A stretch of DNA of 64,000 nt from Adineta vaga. Its lineage: Eukaryota > Animalia > Rotifera. Shown piece by piece: positions 40,001 to 53,327 of this stretch (position 1 is the first letter of the stretch; the number at the start of each line of letters is the position of its first letter). Location: positions 7,068,001 through 7,132,000 of the forward strand of contig CP075494.1 in assembly GCA_021613535.1 (NCBI GenBank), in the 5' to 3' direction. Made by a program: the position numbers and the translations under genes. A model generated the notes under the pieces. That model did no database searches, was not told the DNA's origin, and worked only from the letters and a program-made list of their open reading frames with translations.

Positions 40001-43000
40001 AATAATTTGAATATCCTGATCAATATCGTTCTGTTTTTGTTGAAAATAGAATTCGATTTTATCAGTATAGGTTTTCAATTTCTTAAATTGCTCTTCTCGT
40101 ATTAAAAGAATTAGTTCTAATTGATCGAACAAATCGTGAAATAATTCGGATGAACAATTGATTTGTATATAATTTAAATCTCTTCTCATTTTATGTAATA
40201 ATAAACCTTGATTACAATCAATACGAATAAGAAGCAGATGTTCACTAATAAATTGTAAAAAATTTTCAATCTTTTTCTTGCAAAAGATCCTATCTTGTTT
40301 CTTTTCAATGATTTTTCGAAAACAATTGAATATTCTTGCGAGTAAATCAAGATTTTTATCAGTTGATTGAAGAAATTGGTAGATTAATTGTTCAATTACA
40401 TAAATATCCATGCATTCATTCGGATGATAAATAGGTGTACATTCGTTTAGTTGAAAATCTTTAAAAATCTTCTTACCTTGTAATAGTTCTAGTAATGACG
40501 ATAAGAATTTGTGGCTTTTTTCGATGCGTTTTAATGATAATTTTGATTCGATTAAGATACGTGAGATTTCTTTAGAAAATTCGGAATCTTTTCCTACATT
40601 TGGGAAGAAATGAGTTAGATGAGTTTCGTACGCAGCGACTTCATCGATTGGGAAATCATTTTGTTTGAGAAAATTATTCATATGGAATGATTCAAAATCC
40701 TTCGTACTTTGACATCCATCAAATTTAATAATTTGATCAAACACGGACGTTTTCCATTTGATTAATCCTTCATTTCCATATTCTAAACAGATTTCAGTGA
40801 TGAATGTATTAAAATCTAACTGATTAAGTTTGTTTCTTGTTCGTAGAAATGCTTTCTTTTTTTCTTTTAATTCTTTTAGATCATCCAAGTATTGTTTTAA
40901 TATAAATGGTTCATGTTGTTTACTAATGGGATCATAGAGAACACTTTCGTACGTTTTTGTTAACAAAGAAAAATCTTGATTGATCACATCTTCATCGATT
41001 GCGGTTAATCGACTTCCATCTGAATGTGATAAATTGATTTGATTTGTTTCATTTCTATTAATAATAAAAGAATCTTTTAAACTATTAATGTCAATTTTGA
41101 ATAAAATGTGTTTTCCTTTTCTTTTTAATAATATTATTTCATCGTCTTTTTCTTTGATTTTCAAGTTCAAGAAGTTTATTAAACGATCTTTTTCTGAATT
41201 GTAATGTTTTATTAATCTTTGAATGACCGGATCTTCTGTCTCGAACTGAATACTTTGGCGGACATATGTATCAATAGATAATTTTGATCGAATTGTTGAT
41301 TTATTATCTTGATTAGCATCAGTATCCGATGTTTTTAGAATATTGTTTTCTATTTTCGATTTAATTGTTATGGCATGTAATGCTAATGATTGTTGAGCAA
41401 TTTCATAGGCGTTTTCAAGTAATGAATTGGATAATTGATGTGTTTTAATATGTGTATCGCGTTCATTTAACAATTCATTTTTTTGATCTTGTAATAAGTT
41501 TATGGAATTTGTTATACTATTGGAAATATTATTTGTCCCTTCATTATTATTATGAATGTATTGATTTGATTGATTTTTAATTTGTTGTTCATTGGATTTT
41601 TCTTTGTTTTCACTTGTTTGACGAATTTTTCCGGACTTGATCTGTTGATCAGCAGTTTTCCCTTGACTTCCGCTGATACCAGGTTTCTTCTTAGGTCTTT
41701 CTTCATAGGTGAATTCAACAGTATAAGTAAAAAAACCTAACTCAGCTTTGGTTATATTAATATATCCATGATGAGTTTTCTTCTGCTCGAAATTGTGATA
41801 TCGATGAAATAGAACATCCATACCATCAGATCCTCCATCACCACCTTTACCACCTTCACCATGTTCTCCATGATCTGCGCTTATATTCGATTTATCAATG
41901 AATTCAATTTTGTTAGAATCAATTGTATCGTTAATTTTCGTTTGATTTTCTTCAACATAAACTATACCAGAATGTCCACCAAATCCACCAACACCTGCAT
42001 CACCCCCTTGACCACCATCTCCACCTCTTGTACCTGGTTTCCCCCTACCATGATAGTAACCACGATATAGAGTAGGTAATCCTATTTTTTCTTCGCAATT
42101 ATCACCATTCTTCCCCTTATGACCATTTCCTCCATTTCCTCCATTCCCACCTTTGCCACCATCACCTCCTGATGTTATTAATTTTTCTATATTGTTTTGC
42201 CCTTTAAATTCTTTATTGGCAATTAAATAAATATTTCCACCATTTTCTCCAACGTTACCATTTCCACCGGGTAAACCATCTAATCCATCTTCACTTTCTC
42301 GTGTTGCATGTGGTTGATGTTCAGCATTTTTACCATCTGCGCCTTTGTTTCCTGTTATATCTATTGTTATTTTTTTCTCTGTTTTATCTGCATGAAAATC
42401 AATGACATCCGAACCAACGGTCAAATTAATTCCATGCCAATAATCATTGTTTAATGACATATCTATAAATACATTTGTACCATAAAATTGAACATCTTTA
42501 ATCTTTGAATCTGATATTTTTGCTTGTATATTTTCAATAATATCACTGAAGAAAATATTGTAACCCTTAACAATTATTACTGAACTTTGAATATTTATTT
42601 CCGATTCAGATAAGGCATCTTGAATGATTGAAAGAAGTTGAAATGGAATTTCTCCTTCTTCGCTTGTTCTTAGATATTGATAAAACGATTGTTCTTCACT
42701 TGCATCTTTAAACTTCAAATCGATTTGAAAACAACTGGATGATAGAATCTGTTTAAATTTATCGTCGATTTCATCAAGTGATGTCATAATTTCCATTAAT
42801 TTCTTTCTTTTTTCATATTTCGGTGCAACATTCTCATAAATACTTAAACTCTTGATGATTTCTTCTTTCAATCTATTTAATAAATTCCAATATTGTTGTT
42901 CATTAGCATTTTGTTCAATTAAATCATCAATTAATTTCAATGCAGATTTATGTTCTTCTTCTTTTTCTTTTCGATATTCTTCAATTGATTCAATAAATAA

Positions 43001-46000
43001 GTTTTGCAAATCATATAATATATCTGTTAAATCAAGCTTATATTCCAGATCAGCAATTAATGACCAAAAATCGAAACAACATTGATCATAATGATCTGAT
43101 TTTAAATAAAATACAACTTCTTCATTGAAAATTTTCATATTTTTACATTCAACCATTGCTTGAATAAATCTTTTAATATTTGGATTGTCCTTTGTATTTT
43201 TCAGGATATTTTTACTAATTTCATTGTTGAGAAATGTTGAACAAACTGATTTTAAATCAGTTTTAACATCATAAGTTGTTAATAAAACAGTTAAGAACAT
43301 AAAATAATTGACTTGTTTAATTGTTGTATAAGAATTGGAGATTTTTATTAAAACAATGGGTACTTGATTATTGATATAAGTAAATGTATTAGTATCAATT
43401 TCTTCACTTACAAAAAAAAATTTGAAATTTGTTTTGAATTTCTCGTTGAATTTCTCTTCAGACAGAATTTCTTTTTGTAATTCATAATAAGTTTTTGTTA
43501 GAGTATTATCATGATGATTTAGATATTCTTCAACGTCATGTTCTTCAATTAAATGATAAAATAGACAATTAAGTAATGTGCCTGTGAATAAATGAAAACC
43601 ATTTGATTCAGATAGTTTCGATTCTAAATTGCATTTTGTGATCATATTGAATATTTCGAATAAATTCATTTTATTCTTATCAAAAAATGTTAAGTCATCG
43701 ATTTGAACATTTTCTAATTTCAATAAATCAGATTTGAATCTTTCAATTTCATGAAAGATTTTCTTATTGATTTTTTCATTATATTTTTTAGTTGCTAAAT
43801 TGATATTAATGAATGGCCATTTGTAAATCATCTTTTAGTTTAGATAAATATGATAAACGGTAATAAATCATCGGATTATGATCACGATTTGTTGTTTGAT
43901 AATTTAAAATATCTGAAAATTCCAATTCTTCCAAATAAAAATAATGATTTGCTCGATAAATTTTCGCTCGTTGAAATTTTAATTGAAGAATTCTCGAGTT
44001 TTTTTGCTTCTCAAAAATTTCGAATTCTTTGATTGATTTTGATATTTCACAAATCGTTTGACAATGATTGGATTTAATTGTACATTTGATTAAATTAAAT
44101 CGCGTTTCTGGTAGAATTTTTCGAAATTTTTCATCGAAATTTTTGAATTTATTTTCATTGACTAATTCTAATGCTTTAAATAATTTAATTAATTCCAGAA
44201 AATACGATTCTTGCTTTTCAATTTGATTTATTAAACTTCGAATGAATTGTTTGAAATCAAAATTTGATAATTGATATTTAAGTTTCAATGATTTATTTGA
44301 CGTTTTCTTCAGTTTTATCATACTTGCGGGTCCATATTTCAATAAATTAATCAATTGTTTTTCATTATTAAACTTTACTTGATTAGAATATTGCGTTCTA
44401 CTGAAATGTAAATACAATGATTCATGTTGATTGTTCTTAACTTTGATTTTCAATAATTTGTTGAAGAATGTAGAGAATTTTTCATCTTTCCTATCGTTGC
44501 GACAATGTTCTAAGTGGATAAGAATTGAAAATAAATCAACGACTGGTGTTTCTGAATTACTTAGTTTCTCAAATATTTGATTTATATGACACAATTTTTC
44601 ACAATCGTTTAATTCATAGAATTTTAATAACTTTTGATATTGTGCTTCGAAAAAATATGGATTGATTTGTAAGATTTTGTTATAGGAATTCAGTGAAGAA
44701 ATATCATTTTTTTCGAATGCTTGTTTGAATAAATTGATGAAATTTTTCTCATTAAATTGAACATTGCTTTCGTTCTTGGTTTGTTTATCGTATCGAATAA
44801 AATCATATTTCGATTGATTAAAACAATTGAACTTTTCAAAACAAGGAAAAACATATTTATTTGCCATATCAAGATAAATTAATGCACGATATTCAATTTT
44901 GTTTCTTAATTGATCTTTAGCATTACTCATACTGGACTGAATAATAGATTCATCCATTGAAATCGATTCATTTAATAATTCGATGGATTTCTCAAAATAA
45001 AGTTTTAAACTTGGTTTTTTCTCTTTGAGGGCTATACTTTGTTGAAATAAATCATCGCTTGTTCGAATTAGATCATTGATATGTGTTAAATGATCTGCAG
45101 CATCGAAATCTTCAGCTAAATTAGTTGGATTCTGTTGTGATGGGAGTAATTGATCATGTATTAACTTCTCGTCCCAAGTTTTACCTCGAAATTGTCGAAT
45201 AAAAAGATTTTTCGCCATTCTTTCAGAATCCTGAATGATTTTGATACTTTGTTCATTGAATATTTTCATTTGGTAAAGTAATGATTGAATTCTTTCATTT
45301 GATTCAATAATTTGTTGATTTTCTCTTAAATTTAATATCGAATCTCTCACATAAACTAAATAAAATTCTTTTAATTCATTTAAGTAATGACTCGCATGAA
45401 TAGAACTATTGATATAGGTGAAGAATAATTCTAAATATGGAGTTTTAATTGAAATAAGATTATAAAATTCTTCAGGAGAAATCGAATAAAATATTTCTCC
45501 GACAAATTGATAGATTAATGTTAATTGTTCTTGATCCGCATATAAATTGTAATATTTATCATTGAATAAACAAAGACGGAAATTTTCTGACCTAGGAAGA
45601 TAATCTTTCGATTCGTTTAATATCATTTGAAATAAATCCTTTTGAAAGCGAACTAAGAATATATGAAAATAATGTTGAAACTGAAGATCATCTTGTAGTT
45701 TTCGACGATATGCAACTTTTAGATGTCTGTTCATTTCTTCTATTGATTGTTTCCTTGATTTATAATATTCAACACAATATTTCGAATATTCTTTTAAGTC
45801 TGTATAAATAGTTATTTGTTGTTTGTAACTTTCACAATCGTTGTCATATTTTGATTGTAATTTAGTAAATACTTCACGGAGTTTTCGTTGATAACGCTCA
45901 TCAGAAATAGTTTTCAACCGATGAAGTTGTTCCTCTATAAAGTTTAAATCTATCGAAAGTTGTGCATAAAAATTTGGTTGATAATTCATTTCTGTTTCTT

Positions 46001-46439
46001 GCTCGGGCTTCAACTTTCTTTCTAAAGGATGTCGATTCATACGAATGATTGGAATACTCTCTTGCGAATCTTCATTTGCTACAGTCGTAGAGCTCAATTG
46101 TTCGGTATACCTGGGAAGTTGTAGGATTGAAACAACATCATCATCGTCATCATCATTCGGAATAGATCTGATTTTCTCCAAAAGAGATTCTAATTGATTT
46201 AATGTTGAATGAAAAAGTGGTATTGATTCATCATCTATGCCAGTTGTGGGTAATGAAATGAGTTTGTCCTTGACAAATCGAAGATTATCTCTAATCGTTT
46301 GTTTGATATCTACTAAATGGGAATCTTCACTTTCATTATGAGTTTGTTCTTTGATTTCGGCTGAGATCTTCATCAGATGATTATTTAATTCGAATAAAAT
46401 TCGTCGAATTTCTTCAAGCTCAGAGATAAATGAAGACAT
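28025..46439 (-). CDS. Giant (~6137 aa) intronless SecA-like SF2 ATPase multidomain protein, split into 4 track ORFs by three 1-nt frame breaks
   Basis: SecA motifs QISTGEGKS, DVITSSSVLAIRDA, IIDEVDSMLLD, DKDTG..RWSNGVHQFLQLKH, GLTGSLG, IATNLAGRGTD, GGLHVI..QAFGRTARKGNKG. ORFs overlap or run into each other at ~43806, ~37815 and ~36675. After correcting two insertions and one deletion the span is 18414 nt = 6138 codons. Confidence 0.8.
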
Positions 46440-46578
46440 TTTATCTAAAATATAAACAATGAAATCAAAGAATACAAAAGTTCTTCCCATCCATCGTTGT
46501 TTTATAATCTAAAATATGACTATAGATGATATATAAGGAAAAGCAAACAAAGTTTCTATTTCTATAGAAAAAATGAAT

Positions 46579-49500
46579 TTATAAAATTGTTTTGCTAACA
46601 AACTCTTGTAAGGTTTCTAAGCTATGTTCTTGAATATCTTCTACACTGAAAGTTTGTATTAATTCGGAAAATAAAGCCCATTTTAATGCAACATCTGAGT
46701 TATTCGAACGTGGAGTATAATTACGATAGAAATATTCTGTTAATTCATGAATTGTTTTGTTACGCGAATTTACTGCAATTTCTTGAATTGTAGCAAATTG
46801 TTTATCTTTTCGAACAATGATTGAATAAGAACCTTTTTCATCTTGTCTAGCAGTTCGACCGAGCATTTGAGTGAAAATATTTTCTCGTGTTGGATAATAT
46901 GTTAATAGTAAATGTAAACCTTTCTCAATACTTTTATCCACTTTAATATCAGCACCACGTCCAATAATTCGTGTTGCTAAAGTAATTGAATCTAATTTAC
47001 CAATTTTATGTATATTCTCAGCAATAGCATCTTCACTTTGAATTTCAATGATTTTGCGATCATTTAAAAATGTCTTTTGTGCTTCTAAAAGTTTGTCGCG
47101 TATTTGTTCGTAATCCGATTGATCTCCATTTTCTTTTTTGTATGAATCAGCAAAGATTAATATGGGTTGATTTTTATATTTTTGTTCGATCTCTTCTTTT
47201 ATTGCATATAGAAAATCATGAGTATTTTCATAAACTTTACCAGGATCATTGGAAAATGTTCGATTTTGTTTCAAATTAGTTTCACCAAAAAATGGTGGAA
47301 TATTATAATAATGTGGGGTTTTATTATTGAATAATCGTTGAAATTTATTTAGATGTTGTGGTTCTATACTTCCAGAAAAGCCAATAACCTGTTTGAATTG
47401 TGAATAAAATACCAAAGGATCCATATAATAATGAACAAAATGTGCTCTTTTATTGTATTTTAGGTAATTCAAAAGAGATTGAGCAAATGTAGAATTTTTG
47501 CCCAAACTATCTTGAGTCGTCTTTCGATGTTCATTGTTATCTTCAGTTTTCTTTCTAGATAATTTACTATTCCACCATCGATCAAAGATATTCGAAAATT
47601 TTGAATTACATTTTTCGATAAATTCCTTGTCAAATAATTGTTCTACATCTTCTTTTCTATCAAAATTTGCATTGGGATTTTTAATATGAACCTCGAAGTT
47701 ATAAATATATTGAAGTAGTTCATCAGAATCTAATATTAAACTATCAAATTCATCCATAATTAAAACAGCATTTTTGATATTCGGTAACTTGATCGATGTT
47801 CCATGTATTAATCTATTATATCCTTCTTTTCTTAAAAGACAAAAATATGTTTCTAAATCAGCATAGATCACATCTTTACTACCAAATTCTTCTGATGAAC
47901 TATTTGATGAACAATACATCGTTTCAATATTAAAATATTTGTAGTATTTTTCATAATTTTCATGATCTCGTTTTGCTAAATGATCATAACAAGTTATAAC
48001 GAATACTTTGGGATTTGAAGCATTGGGATTGTTTTTAACAATTCGTCGTGCTGTTTCCGCTATTGTTAATGATTTACCTTGACCCGTGCCAATCTTGATA
48101 AATAAATTACCACTTGTTTCGAATGGTTTCGATAAATAATCATGAATTAATGCTAATGCACCCACTTGATTATGTTGAAGATACTTGATTTTAATCAATT
48201 CAAACGCTTTGTTATAAATATGGAAATCTTGTTTGATTTTCTCTCTATTATTTTGAATAATTGTATAGCTTTGATTTGAATTTGATTTTTGATACCATTC
48301 ATCAAAATCTGTTTCTTTATAATGATGATAACAATATAAGAAATAGATTTTATCTCTTAATTCACTAGTATTTTTTGTCCAACATTCTAAAGTATCACAA
48401 ACATTTCGTTTCATGAAGATATCAAATAAATTCAAAACTTCCGTTTCTGACTTTGTTGATTCAACAATTTGATTGATTTGGTTTAATGTATAATTTATAA
48501 AATTATCGATAATTACTCTTGCATATTCATTTCTTTTACTCAAACTTTCTTGATTGGTTCTACTAAAACCATCTAAGATGTGCTGAATTGATCGATCTCG
48601 AAGTTTTTCATTAATATTAATATCGTCACTTGCATTGTAAAATGCAATCAATCGTTTAACTGATTCATATAATTTATTGAATTCTTGATGAATACTATTT
48701 TTGTTTTTTAAAAAAACTTCTTTATCATTATCCGTTGAACAAGTGAAAACTTTGAATAAGATTGACATGACAATTTCGTTCGTTTCTTCTTGTTTCTTCT
48801 TGTTTCGGTGAGAATCAGCCGTCGCGGCACGCTCAGGGTTTGTGATGTTGTCACTTTCGACAGAACTGGAATCCATAATTTCTTCCTTATTATCTGTATC
48901 TTGATGGTTAAATTTTGAATCATTAGCTAGCATTGCGGATAAATAATATGGAATACTAAAACCAGGAGTTAATTCACGATCGATGTCAAATTGTATACGA
49001 GATTTTTGTAAACGATTGATAAGGGAATGGAAATTTGAGTTATATCCACATAATCTTGATAAAATTTTGTCGTTACCATCGGGTATATATTTTATTAAAT
49101 CGATATTAAATGATTGAGCTAATCGCAAACAAATTTCACTTCCATAAGTGTTAAGATCGAGAAATTCTTTTAAAACAGTTGCTTTTATATTGATTTTATC
49201 ACCCTTTTCTAATTTCGATATAGACGATTTGACACGCTCCAAACGAAATTTAAATGATTCAATATTAATCATTACTTTGAAAATTTCAACAAGTTCATCG
49301 AAATGTGTACGATTATCAATATTATAAACATTTGAAAAATGTCGTTTCAACTCCAAAAGTTGTTCTTCATGCTTATTACCAGCAAATTCCAATGTATCTT
49401 GATCGACACACGTATGAATATAAAATAAAAGTCGATTAAATTGAGACAAACTATTATTATCATCCAATTTGAAATATGATAAGGATTTGAAAAAATAATA

Positions 49501-50720
49501 ATTAAAGCAATATTTAACATTGATATTCTTATCAGAGAAATCTAGATTTTTAATTCGCTGACCATAAATATCACCTAAGATAAGATGAGAACCAACGGAA
49601 TTATTTTCATCGACGATTGTATCTGTAATCGATTGAGAATAGTTTTATCCGATGAAATAAAAGAAAATAAACTTTTAAATTTTGTTTTCAATTGTTCACC
49701 AGTGTCTTTTGCAGTTGTAGAAGAATCATTCTTTAGTTTTGAATATAAATCAATACCTTTATCATAAATCGATTTGAAGACTAAATCGTTTTTATTCACT
49801 TCTTTGAATAAATATAAAAACGGTGATGTCTTCAATTCATTATCGGATTTGTCATTTAATTTGAATGTTAAATCGCTTAGTAATTCAATACACTTTTTAC
49901 TGAGTAGATTTTGAAACATTTCAATGAAATGTTTGCAATAAAATTTTGAATTATTTGAGATACTTATATGAATTCTTGTATTTTTAGCAAGATATTCAAG
50001 TAAGATTTCAGTTGAATAGCCTTGATCCTTCATCATCTTTGACTTGATCTTAGCAAAATATTCTTTAATGTTTGATGGTTCCATTTTCAATAATTTTGAT
50101 TGTAATCTTTCTAATTCCAAACGATAATTATTATCATTAAGCATAATATCTAATGATTCTCTAATATATAATATATATTCAATAAAATAACCATAAAATT
50201 GCTCGATAATCTGTAATTTTTTTTTAATATCATTAGGATTTCTCTTATCGAAGTAAATCTTATTTGGTATTTTTTTATCAATACCTCGAACAATTAAAGT
50301 ACTTATTTCTTTCTTATTTTCCGTTGGATTGTGTTTCACTTTGATTGCTATTATTTCATTAATTTCTTCCAATGTTTGACCGTATGCAAGAAATAATTCA
50401 TAGCTTAGTCGAATTGCTGAGATATAATGATCGATTAGTACGAGTCTTTCAGGATCTTGGATAGATTTGTTGATAATTTCTTCGACTCTTTTTTTAAATT
50501 CGTTTAGTTGTTCAAGAAAATCAGTTTGTTGATCAATCTTATCATCTTGTCTTTCATATTTGATAATCATATCGGGCAATTCTGATAGTAAAGATTGTAC
50601 GGAGTCGAGATTTGGAATTATTTTTTCCAGTTGTTCTCTATTAGTTGTATTCGAAAATAATTCTTTGAGTTTCTGAACGATACCAAATGTTTCACCGGGT
50701 GGTGCAGATGCATGAGTCAT
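46579..50720 (-). CDS. Second intronless SecA-like SF2 ATPase (~1380 aa); two track ORFs joined by one 1-nt deletion near 49643
   Basis: KIGTGQGKS, VITCYDHLAKRD, LIMDEFDSLILD, IGFSGS, LATRIIGRGADI, GLHLLLT..QMLGRTARQDEKGS. The 962-aa frame is open upstream to ~49645, overlapping the 389-aa ORF. Confidence 0.8.
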
Positions 50721-51351
50721 TGAAATCTGAAGAATAATAACCAAATAAATAGAATGAGATTAAAGTTCTAACAGATATGTTAAGAGTAGAAGAGAAAGAG
50801 TAAAGTTTAAGATTGATGTTAATAAATATGCTGACAGGAGCTGAAAGAATACTCTCTACATTTTACCTAACAAAACTCAAGAAAATTATTTATAATTACA
50901 ATGATTTTTATAAGCTTTCTCATGTTGAACATGTTGTGTAGTTCGAACGCGCACAGTCTATACCAAATGATTAAATTTCGTAATTGAAGCAAAATATTTA
51001 CTTTGTCTTACTATTTATTATGAGGGCAGGTAAATACATAATATGGTCTCCTTTTTATTAATATATATGCACTTATATGCAAGGAAAATAAATGTTATGA
51101 AAATTACCCGCAAGGTGAGCGTCAATTTATATGAAAGATTTATTTTTAATAAAAATATTTAGCTTTTTTATTTGTGATGTTAAAACGAGCTAGAAACTAC
51201 TAATATTCATCATTTCCTTACTATTTCTTATTCATTAATACCTCTTAAATTATCGTGTATTAAATGTGTTTAGATGTTTTTGTTTTTGCCAATTCTTATG
51301 ATAAAAGATGACGTCTGATTATTTACGTCTCGCCTCCTCATCAATACCATT

Positions 51352-51600
51352 AGTCTTAGTGAGGAAGAAGGAAAACAACTAGATCAATAGTATTATGGTC
51401 CAATCATCATAAATATGTCATATTTCGAGACGACATCTCGGCAATGTTCCCAAAGAACTTACGAACAAGTTAGTGGTTCCATTATACTTCAGTCAACAAA
51501 CAAGGTTAACTTCGGCGTTGATATTGAAGAGTATCGAATTGATTTTATCATCAAATAGAAATGTTCACCTGTTGTATGATATCAAAGCATACAATAGTAT
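51352..51600 (+). mobile_element. Possible highly degraded hAT (Buster/Charlie-type) transposase C-terminal relic
   Basis: Fragments in mixed frames (SLSEEEGKQLD, FETTS, ELTNKL, SAL, EYRID) occur in the order expected for the hAT dimerization region. Stops and frameshifts are present and no TIRs were seen. Confidence 0.25.
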
Positions 51601-53311
51601 TGTAGCATTGTTAGCAAGATGATTTTCATAAATCTAGGAGAGTTTGAAACTCTCAGTTAGTGACAATGACAATGAATGATATGCCTTTTCTCACATTTCT
51701 CACGTTTCGTTTTTCTTTACCAAATCATCCGATGTTTAAACAAATCAGATAGTATGTTAAAGTTCTCAGTAGTCTTCCATTGTTCTTGCAAAGAACATGA
51801 GATCATATAATTATGTTTTATTATTTGAAAATGATTGTGAAATGAGCAAGAACGTCGTCTAGATAAATGATTTTCTTAGTAGATTTCTTTCGTCTACTTT
51901 ATATGGACAAATATTTGTGAAGGCATTGAATCATTTTATATTCACCATTAATAATATTTCAGCCGCCTATGATATTAGTATAAGGGAAGTGGAGCGACTT
52001 TTGAAATATTCATCTATCCTATTAAACAAACAGAAGATTCAGCTCACTATATGTTCTATACTTTCCCAATGGTCTACAGTTGATTGCTGTATTTTTGGAA
52101 CAAACTGCAAGTGATCAATTTCAGGAAGATTATTAGAATGATACAAGGAACTGTACCACCAAGCACCAGTTCGTTATCTTCAATAAATATTGTAGATACT
52201 ACAACTTCTGTCCATATGTTGGTACAAAAACACACATAAATAATAAGAATTTTATTCGTATATAGTTCAGTAGCGTCAACAAATGAATAAGTTCTCACTA
52301 TCGAAGGCGAGATTTTTCGCTGAAAAGGTACGGAAAAACCAGTCATTATTTATGCGGTCTTTCATGATTTTATTAATCAACTGTCAAAATCTTGTATGAA
52401 ACCTGACTAAAGGTATTTGAAGCTACCCATATTGTTTATTCTTTAGCGACTGTGATGTTCAAGAATTCCAATTCATTATAACGCTATAAACTTGTTTTCG
52501 GAAGAGTATCGAAAGAAATATTTTCTATGAGACATTAATTTAGCAACTGAAATAATATAAAATGTACCGACAATGAATCATAAATAACGACCATAAGAGG
52601 TATTGATATCATCGATTCGACAGAAGACGGTCAAAATTGATTGTTCTAGTGATAACGTTAATCTAAAACATATTCATTATTTGTTCTTATTATCATTATT
52701 GGTAGTTTCAGAATCGACAACATAGTTAAAAACACTCAAGTGACTTCAGTTCGATGTATATAAAAAAAATAACAATTTTTCTAAACACACTTTCTTACAC
52801 TATTCTAAAGTAGAAAATCATCGGATTTTCATGGTAATTTTCGAGTTGCTCCTATTACAAGACATCAAGTGAAAGAAAATTCGATCTGGAATATAGCAGA
52901 ATTGACGGTTTTCACATCGAATTCTTCGACATGAGGTATAAATCGTGTTGAAAAGAAATTGGCTCACTAGGGTGAACATTGATTTCTTAGTTATATCCAA
53001 CTGCGTTACAATGCAGTCTCAGTCTTACAGACGATAAATAACTATTGGTTTACTAGTAAGCAATACCATTCACAAATATAAAGTGGCGCCACGTGAACTG
53101 TATTTTACCTGGACAACAGAATAATAACATGATTCATACGCACTTTGGTTTCGTATGAGTATGCTGTTCGTTTTTTCTTCGCTTTTCAATTAGTATATTT
53201 TTTATTAGAAAGAAATAACAAGGATTGTTTTCGCTCTCTTAAAAGTCATTACTCACTGATTACAGAAAAGAAATCGACTGATAGATACAATGAAAAAGTT
53301 CCTGCATCATA

Positions 53312-53327
53312 ATGACTATGCATTTTT
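53312..53327 (+). promoter_or_regulatory. Antioxidant response element (CNC-sMaf site) upstream of GCLC
   Basis: ATGACTATGCA-TTTTT matches RTGACnnnGCA plus an A/T flank. It lies ~80-90 bp before the ATG and just upstream of a TATA-like run at ~53339-53353. Confidence 0.6.

Noticed and set aside
36475-43831. Programmed ribosomal frameshifting linking the giant's ORFs
   Set aside because: Shifts go in both directions, no consistent slippery site or structure was seen, and similar breaks occur in unrelated genes such as innexin.
28138-49767. Many short plus-strand and nested ORFs over the SecA genes
   Set aside because: Antisense or alternate-frame shadows of long coding sequence.
28025-50720. 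SecA genes as bacterial contamination or a canonical secA translocase
   Set aside because: Composition resembles the flanks, splice acceptors precede the ATGs, a polyA signal follows the giant gene (~27957-27962), and size and architecture are unlike housekeeping SecA. Junction-spanning reads are still needed.
51917-53000. Short ORFs (60-90 aa) between the island and GCLC
   Set aside because: No recognisable motif or splice-consistent gene model; may be decayed sequence.
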